Positions 26,984-32,000 of a stretch of 32,000 bases of DNA are shown piece by piece (within the stretch, counting starts at the first letter, position 1; each line of letters opens with the position of its first letter). The notes beneath the pieces were generated by a model, which was not told where the DNA came from, ran no database searches, and was given only the letters and a program-made list of their open reading frames with translations. The translations under genes and the position numbers were made by a program. The DNA is taken from assembly GCF_042660085.1 (NCBI RefSeq), contig NZ_JBHSTI010000008.1:1749876-1781875 (forward strand), written 5' to 3'. Source of the stretch: Longivirga aurantiaca (GTDB taxonomy: Bacteria; Actinomycetota; Actinomycetes; S36-B12; CAIYMF01).

Positions 26984-27753
26984 CTACCGGACCGGGTGCC
27001 CGGCCTCGCGCAGCGCCGCCTTGACCTCGCCGATCGTGAGGTCGCCGAAGTGGAAGACGCTGGCTGCGAGGACCGCGTCGGCACCGGCGTCGACGGCGGG
27101 TGCGAAGTGGGCGAGCCTGCCCGCGCCGCCGCTCGCGATCACCGGCACTGTCACGCGCGCACGGACGGCGCGCAGCAGCGGCAGGTCGTAGCCGTCCTTG
27201 GTGCCGTCGGCGTCCATCGAGTTGAGCAGGATCTCGCCGGCGCCGAGCTCGGCTGCCAGCACGGCCCAGCCGACGGCGTCGATCCCGGTGGATCGGCGTC
27301 CGCCGTGGGTCGTGACCTCCCAGCCCGACTCCGTCGTGACGCCCTCGGGGCAGCGCCGTGCGTCGACCGACAGCACGACGCACTGGGCGCCGAAGCGCTC
27401 GGCAGCCTCGCGCAGCAGCTCCGGCCGCGCGATCGCGGCGGTGTTGACGCCGACCTTGTCGGCACCGGCCCGCAGCAGGCGGTCGATGTCGTCGACCGTG
27501 CGGACGCCGCCACCGACGGTGAGGGGGATGAAGACCTGCTCGGCGGTGCGGCGGACGACGTCGTACGTCGTGGCGCGGTCGCCGCTGCTCGCGGTGATGT
27601 CGAGGAAGACCAGCTCGTCGGCTCCCTGGGCGTCGTACGCACGGGCGAGCTCGACCGGGTCGCCTGCGTCGCGGAGGTCGACGAAGTTCACACCCTTGAC
27701 GACGCGGCCTGCGTCGACGTCGAGGCACGGGATGACACGGACGGCGACCGACA
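26984..27753 (-). CDS. hisF: Imidazole glycerol phosphate synthase subunit HisF
   Basis: Start GTG at 27753: [36 protein letters not shown]; [30 protein letters not shown]; [21 protein letters not shown]. Confidence 0.97.
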
Positions 27754-27818
27754 CGACGCACAGCCTAGGCGGGCGTGCTCGACGGGCCTTCATCGGTTCT
27801 CTGCCTTACCGTCGTCGG

Positions 27819-28229
27819 ATGACCGAGCACCCGGGCGGAGCGCAGTCCATCGAGGAGACGCAGCGGCTCGCGGCCAGCGCGTACCTGTCGTTGACGACGT
27901 ACCGGAAGGACGGCACCGCAGTGCCGACACCGGTGTGGGCGAGCACCGACGGCACCCGGCTCTACGTGTGGACCCAGGCCGACTCCGGCAAGGTGAAGCG
28001 GGTGCGCCACCGCGGCCACGTGCAGGTGGCGCCGTGCGACGCGCGCGGTTCGCTGCAGGGCGCCCCGGTCGACGCCAGCGCCCGGGTCGTCGACGCACCC
28101 GAGGAGCTCGCCAGGATCGAGGGACGGCACAGGGCGAAGTACGGCGTGCAGTTCACGCTGTTCCGCCTCGCCGGCAAGGTCTTCCGCCGCGGCCGCCCTT
28201 ACGCCGGCCTCGAGATCACCGTCGTCTGA
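27819..28229 (+). CDS. PPOX-class, probably F420-dependent, flavin-reductase-fold protein (TIGR03666-like)
   Basis: [75 protein letters not shown]. Confidence 0.85.
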   Translation: MTEHPGGAQSIEETQRLAASAYLSLTTYRKDGTAVPTPVWASTDGTRLYVWTQADSGKVKRVRHRGHVQVAPCDARGSLQGAPVDASARVVDAPEELARIEGRHRAKYGVQFTLFRLAGKVFRRGRPYAGLEITVV

Positions 28230-28250
28230 CCCTCGCCCCCCCACGTGTGC

Positions 28251-28344
28251 GATGGAGTCCGGGCCCCCGCCGGGCGACGATGGCCGAAGGCCTCGCCCGG
28301 TAGGGGGCTTCATCCGATAGAGCCGAACGATCGAGGCATTCGTC
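28251..28344 (+). repeat. Intergenic structured repeat, copy A (most divergent)
   Basis: GATGGAGTCCGGGCCCCCGCCGGGCGACGATGGCCGAAGGCCTCGCCCGGTAGGGGGCTTC... aligns with copies B and C, best in its left ~55-60 nt. Perfect arms CCGGGCGA (28270-28277) / TCGCCCGG (28293-28300) with a 15-nt loop. The right boundary is approximate. Confidence 0.8.
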
Positions 28345-28363
28345 GGGACGGCTGCCCTGAGGC

Positions 28364-29779
28364 TCAGGGTGCGGCCGGGGCGTCCGTACGGCGCTCTCCC
28401 CCGGCCCAGCGCAGCGCAGCGCCGGCGGCGAGCATGACCGCGATCGCCGCCGCGGCGTTGAGCGGCAGCCCGGTGTACTCGATCGTGCGGGTCGGGAACC
28501 CGCCGAGCCCCGTCGCGGAGATCACGAGCGTCGAGGCGCCGATGCCGAACGTCGCCACCGCCGCGACGACCGCGGCGGTCCGCGGCGAGGGACGCCGCCC
28601 GCGCAGCGGCGCGTCCCACCAGACCAGGGGGGCGTGCTCGAGCGGCCAGAGCAGGCGTACGACGGCCCACACGCCGACGCCGTACGCCGCGATGAACACG
28701 ACGCTGCCGAGCAGGTAGCCCCAGCCGTCCGGCACGGGGTAGCCGTCCGAACCGATCGTGACCGGCCGGTCGAGACCCAGTGCGTGCGCGGTCGTCGCCA
28801 CGGCGATGAGCACGGGCAGGTGCCAGAGGTACAGCGTCATCGCCACGAGGTTGACGCCGGTCACCGGGCGCCAGATGCGCGGCCGCTCGAGGAGGCGGCG
28901 CAACGGCGCATCCAGCAGCGTGACCAGCGCTGCCAGCACGACGGAGTGGATCGCGAGCACGATCGTGGGCGGCGCCATGTTGCTCACGGGCTCGCCCGGC
29001 ATGCCGACCATCGAGACGGGGTACGGGCCGAAGCGGATGAGCACGGCGTTCGCCGCGAAGCCGAGCGCCACGGCGGCGACCATGACCGGCCACGGGTAGG
29101 CGCCGAGGGTGCCGTGCGAGCGCAGCGCGCCGAGGTAGGCGGGGACGGCCCACGCGAGCACGAAGTTGAGCAGCGCCACCGCCTCGGGGAGGCCGAGGGC
29201 GAACCGCGCGAGGTCGACGAGCGCGACGAGGCCGAGCAGGAGCAGGAGCCCCAGCACTCCCCCGACGAGGCTCGTACGGCGGAACAGCGGCGCGAGCGCC
29301 GTCACCAGCAGGTAGGCGCCGAGGAACCACAGCAGCTGCGTGGTCAGCATCATGAGCGGCTCGGCAGTCTCGGCCGGCGCGAGCAGGGTGACCACCGTCG
29401 CGATCACGGCCATGAGCGCGAGGTAGATCCAGGCCGGCCTCAGAAGCCGTCGTCCGCGCCCCCACAGCCAGCTCGCGTAGTCGCCGCCGCGCGCGTGGTG
29501 CCGCTCGTACGACAGGGCATTGGCCGCGCCGCCTGCGAAGAAGAACAGCGGCATGATCTGCAGGAGCCAGGTGAGCGCCTGCGTCCAGGGGTACGCCGCG
29601 AGCACGTTGCCCAGCACCGGTACGCCGCCCGGCCAGACCACGACGGCCATGACCACGTGACCGGCCACGACGACCAGCAGCGCCGCCGCGCGGGCGCCGT
29701 CCACGACACGGTCGCGGTCAGGGGGCGTCTCGGCCGCAGCCCGCGCCGTCGGCACCGCCGCGAACACCCGCACGCTCAC
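28364..29779 (-). CDS. Acyltransferase-3-family integral membrane protein
   Basis: DRDRVVDGARAAALLVVVAGHVVMAVVVW...LQIMPLFFFAGGAANALSYERH, about 10 TM segments, and LYLWHLPVLIAVA. GTG start at 29779. The track ORF start at 29881 falls inside repeat copy B and is rejected. Confidence 0.85.
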   Translation of the reverse strand: MSVRVFAAVPTARAAAETPPDRDRVVDGARAAALLVVVAGHVVMAVVVWPGGVPVLGNVLAAYPWTQALTWLLQIMPLFFFAGGAANALSYERHHARGGDYASWLWGRGRRLLRPAWIYLALMAVIATVVTLLAPAETAEPLMMLTTQLLWFLGAYLLVTALAPLFRRTSLVGGVLGLLLLLGLVALVDLARFALGLPEAVALLNFVLAWAVPAYLGALRSHGTLGAYPWPVMVAAVALGFAANAVLIRFGPYPVSMVGMPGEPVSNMAPPTIVLAIHSVVLAALVTLLDAPLRRLLERPRIWRPVTGVNLVAMTLYLWHLPVLIAVATTAHALGLDRPVTIGSDGYPVPDGWGYLLGSVVFIAAYGVGVWAVVRLLWPLEHAPLVWWDAPLRGRRPSPRTAAVVAAVATFGIGASTLVISATGLGGFPTRTIEYTGLPLNAAAAIAVMLAAGAALRWAGGERRTDAPAAP

Positions 29780-29804
29780 GCCCTCAGCGTGGCACGGGGT
29801 TTGC

Positions 29805-29898
29805 GATGAAGGAATGGGCCCCGCCAGGCGACACTGGGCGAAGCCCTCGCCCGGTAGGGGACTTCGTTGCTCAGAGCGCAACGAAGTCGGCCTTCATC
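29805..29898 (+). repeat. Intergenic structured repeat, copy B
   Basis: Starts GATGAAGG (29805-29812) and ends with its reverse complement CCTTCATC (29891-29898). Contains ACTTCGTTGC-TCAGAGC-GCAACGAAGT (29861-29887), a 10-bp perfect stem. Shares a 25-nt identical block with copy C. Confidence 0.93.
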
Positions 29899-29916
29899 CG
29901 CGAGCGTCGAGACGGC

Positions 29917-30651
29917 TCAGGTGGCGTGGCGGTCGGTGAAGTCGAGGATGCGGGTCCACGCGTCGGCGCAGGCCTCGGCGTGGTCGGCGAAGCTGCGGTC
30001 GAAGAAGGAGTGCGGCGCACCGTCGTACACGTGCCGCTCAGCGTCGACGCCGCGGGCGGTGAGCCCCGCGATGAGGTCGTCGAAGCTCTCGGGCGCGATG
30101 CTCTGGTCTGCGCCCGCGAGCAGCATGAGGATCGGCGCCCGCACCTGGTCGGCCACGGGGTCGACGGTGTCGACGCTGCCGTAGAAGCCGATCGCGCCGT
30201 CGAGGCCGGGCTGGTCGGCCGCCTGGCGGTAGGAGTTGCGGCCGCCGAAGCAGAAGCCGACGGTGAACACCGACTCGGCACCGTCGGCGCGGAGCTTGTC
30301 GATGCACGCGGCGACGTCGGCCGCGATGCCGGGCTGGGTGGTCTGCGGGATGTGCGTCTGCCAGTCGAAGCCCTCGGCGCGGTCGTCGGAGTCCGCCGTA
30401 CGGCCGAACCAGTCGAAGGCGACGGCGTGGAAGCCGGCCTCGGCGAACCGCTCGGCGAGGTGCTTGTAGTAGTGGTGCAGGCCGCGGATGTCGGGGAGGA
30501 TCACGATCCCCTTCGTCGACGGCGCGGCCGGGTGCGCCTCGTACGCCAGGAAGCTGTTGCCGTCGGCGGCGGTGAGGCGCAGGTCGCCGTGGGCGCCGAC
30601 CTCCCCCTGGCGCGGCGGTGCGGGCGGGCGGGACTCGTCGCTGTGGCACAT
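29917..30651 (-). CDS. Dienelactone hydrolase family protein
   Basis: GIVILPDIRGLHHYYKHLAERFAEAGFHAVAFDWFGRTA; nucleophile Cys motif TVGFCFGGRNS; acid/His region ADQSIAPESF...VYDGAPHSFFDR. Confidence 0.93.
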   Translation of the reverse strand: MCHSDESRPPAPPRQGEVGAHGDLRLTAADGNSFLAYEAHPAAPSTKGIVILPDIRGLHHYYKHLAERFAEAGFHAVAFDWFGRTADSDDRAEGFDWQTHIPQTTQPGIAADVAACIDKLRADGAESVFTVGFCFGGRNSYRQAADQPGLDGAIGFYGSVDTVDPVADQVRAPILMLLAGADQSIAPESFDDLIAGLTARGVDAERHVYDGAPHSFFDRSFADHAEACADAWTRILDFTDRHAT

Positions 30652-30704
30652 GGCTCGGACCCTACGTCGGCTGGGCACACCCTGGACCGAGGAACCGCGC
30701 GATC

Positions 30705-30798
30705 AGTGAAGGCCGGATGTGTTGCGCTCTGAGCAACGAAGTCCCTACCGGGCGAGGGCTTCGTCCAGTGTCGCCCGGCGGGGGCCCGTTCCTTCATC
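30705..30798 (-). repeat. Intergenic structured repeat, copy C (inverted relative to A and B)
   Basis: The reverse complement reads GATGAAGGAACGGGCCCCCGCCGGGCGACACTGGACGAAGCCCTCGCCCGGTAGGGACTTCGTTGCTCAGAGCGCAACACATCCGGCCTTCACT, about 85-90% identical to copy B by eye, and also 94 nt. Confidence 0.93.
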
Positions 30799-30811
30799 GC
30801 GACCGATCGGG

Positions 30812-31591
30812 TTAGGGCATGACGCCGGGGATGCCGCCGTCGAGGCGGAACTCGCTGCGCTCGATGCGCGGCGAGACCGCGGCGAGGGCCTCGGGGAGCG
30901 TGAAGGCGCCGGCGTACAGCGCCTTGCCGACGATCGCGCCCTCGACGCCGATGCCGACGAGCTCGGCGATCGCGTGCAGGTCGGCCAGCGACGAGACGCC
31001 GCCGGAGGCCACGACCGGCTTGTCGGTGCGCTCGCACACCTCGCGCAGCAGGTCGAGGTTGGGGCCGGTGAGCGTGCCGTCCTTGCGGACGTCGGTCACC
31101 ACGTAGCGAGCGCACCCCTCGGAGTCCAGGCGTGCCAGCACCTCCCAGAGGTCGCCGCCGTCCTCCGTCCAGCCTCGCGCGGCGAGGGTCGTGCCGCGTA
31201 CGTCGAGACCCACGGCGACGCGGTCGCCGTGCTCCGCGATCGCACGTGCGCACCACTCGGGGTTCTCGAGCGCCGCGGTGCCGATGTTGACACGCGTGCA
31301 CCCGGTGGCGAGCGCGGCGCGCAGCGACTCGTCGTCGCGGATGCCGCCGCTCATCTCGACCTTGATGTCCATGCGGCCGACCACCTCGGCGAGCAGCGCG
31401 GCGTTCGAGCCGCGGCCGAAGGCGGCGTCGAGGTCGACGAGGTGGATCCACTCGGCGCCCTGCTCCTGCCACGCGAGCGCGGCCTCGAGCGGATCGCCGT
31501 ACGACGTCTCGCTGCCGGCCTCCCCCTGCACGAGACGGACGGCCTGACCGTCGGCGACGTCGACTGCGGGGAGGAGCTCGAGGTAGGTCAT
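30812..31591 (-). CDS. priA: PriA-type phosphoribosyl isomerase (HisA/TrpF dual function)
   Basis: [63 protein letters not shown]...[53 protein letters not shown] matches the actinobacterial PriA pattern. Confidence 0.95.
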   Translation of the reverse strand: MTYLELLPAVDVADGQAVRLVQGEAGSETSYGDPLEAALAWQEQGAEWIHLVDLDAAFGRGSNAALLAEVVGRMDIKVEMSGGIRDDESLRAALATGCTRVNIGTAALENPEWCARAIAEHGDRVAVGLDVRGTTLAARGWTEDGGDLWEVLARLDSEGCARYVVTDVRKDGTLTGPNLDLLREVCERTDKPVVASGGVSSLADLHAIAELVGIGVEGAIVGKALYAGAFTLPEALAAVSPRIERSEFRLDGGIPGVMP

Positions 31592-31718
31592 GCCCTCAGC
31601 CTAACGAGCGCCTCCGAGGCCGGGCCGCGTCGGTAGCCACGCCCGCGCTACTCCGGGATAGAGGTCGGGACGTGCAGTTGAACTGACGTGATCGACCCTC
31701 AGGGCCCAGAAGTGCAGG

Positions 31719-31964
31719 TCAGACGGCGCGGTCGTAGAGCAGGACGCGGACGACGGGGAGGATCAGGAGCGAGAGCAGGAAGACCCAGAGGCGCGCCGAC
31801 CAGTCGGGCAGGAACCACCAGACCACGGCCTGCACCGCGACGAAGAGCACGAGCAGCACGAGGAAGCGACGCCGACGGCGGGGTGCCAGCGGGTCGTTCG
31901 GCGGGAACTTGCGGCGCCACCACCGGCCGAACCGCGTGCGGGCCTTGCCGACCGGCTCGGTCAC
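31719..31964 (-). CDS. Small hypothetical membrane protein
   Basis: MTEPVGKARTRFGRWWRRKFPPNDPLAPRRRRRFLVLLVLFVAVQAVVWWFLPDWSARLWVFLLSLLILPVVRVLLYDRAV: basic N-terminus and two TM helices. Confidence 0.65.
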   Translation of the reverse strand: MTEPVGKARTRFGRWWRRKFPPNDPLAPRRRRRFLVLLVLFVAVQAVVWWFLPDWSARLWVFLLSLLILPVVRVLLYDRAV

Positions 31965-32000
31965 CGTGCCCGCGACCGCTGCCCGCTGGGCGGCACGCCT

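Noticed and set aside
28355-28369. CCCTGA-GGC-TCAGGG hairpin at the acyltransferase stop codon as a terminator
   Set aside because: Only a 6-bp stem with a 3-nt loop, overlapping the stop codon and without a U-tract. Too weak to call on its own.
29779-29881. N-terminal extension of the acyltransferase (MRSEQRSPLPGEGFAQCRLAG...) in the ORF track
   Set aside because: It is produced by reading through repeat copy B. The coding region starts plausibly at the GTG at 29779. MLRSEQRSP recurs in the 30719..31636 (+) ORF only because copy C is the same DNA repeat.
29806-30732. Possible small peptide encoded by the repeats (MKEWAPPGDTGRSPRPVGDFVAQSAT / MKERAPAGRHWTKPSPGRDFVAQSAT)
   Set aside because: Copies B and C differ by two opposing 1-nt indels that scramble the middle of the peptide while the hairpin arms stay conserved. 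This favours DNA/RNA-level conservation over coding, and copy A does not encode the peptide.
28251-30798. CRISPR array
   Set aside because: The three repeats are about 94 nt, separated by whole genes, in mixed orientation, and without regularly sized spacers or cas genes.

Overview
This is a high-GC actinobacterial chromosomal window, almost entirely recognisable housekeeping biosynthesis on the minus strand. In coordinate order it contains: a pyrimidine operon (carB 5' end, carA, pyrC, pyrB, pyrR); bldD (+) convergent with pyk; gltD/gltB; a VIT-family protein; lgt; a DsbA-like protein and a MauE/DoxX-like protein; trpA, trpB, trpC; a DUF2752-like protein; a two-component system; HGxxPAAW and Trp-operon-associated membrane proteins; trpE and hisI; several small-function genes; hisF; a PPOX/F420-type protein (+); an acyltransferase; a dienelactone hydrolase; and the hisA/priA gene. 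I found no CRISPR array, defence island, prophage, transposase, rRNA or tRNA. The most unusual signal is a structured intergenic repeat of about 94 nt in three copies (28251-28344, 29805-29898, 30705-30798). It has short terminal inverted repeats and potentially competing internal hairpins. The copies bracket two apparently accessory genes lying between hisF and priA. Other notable signals are a consensus-matching BldD-box palindrome upstream of bldD, a PyrR-type RNA loop over the pyrR ribosome-binding site, an 18-bp perfect palindrome upstream of the response regulator gene, and a two-component system inside the trp cluster. All family assignments come from reading the translated motifs; no database search was run.
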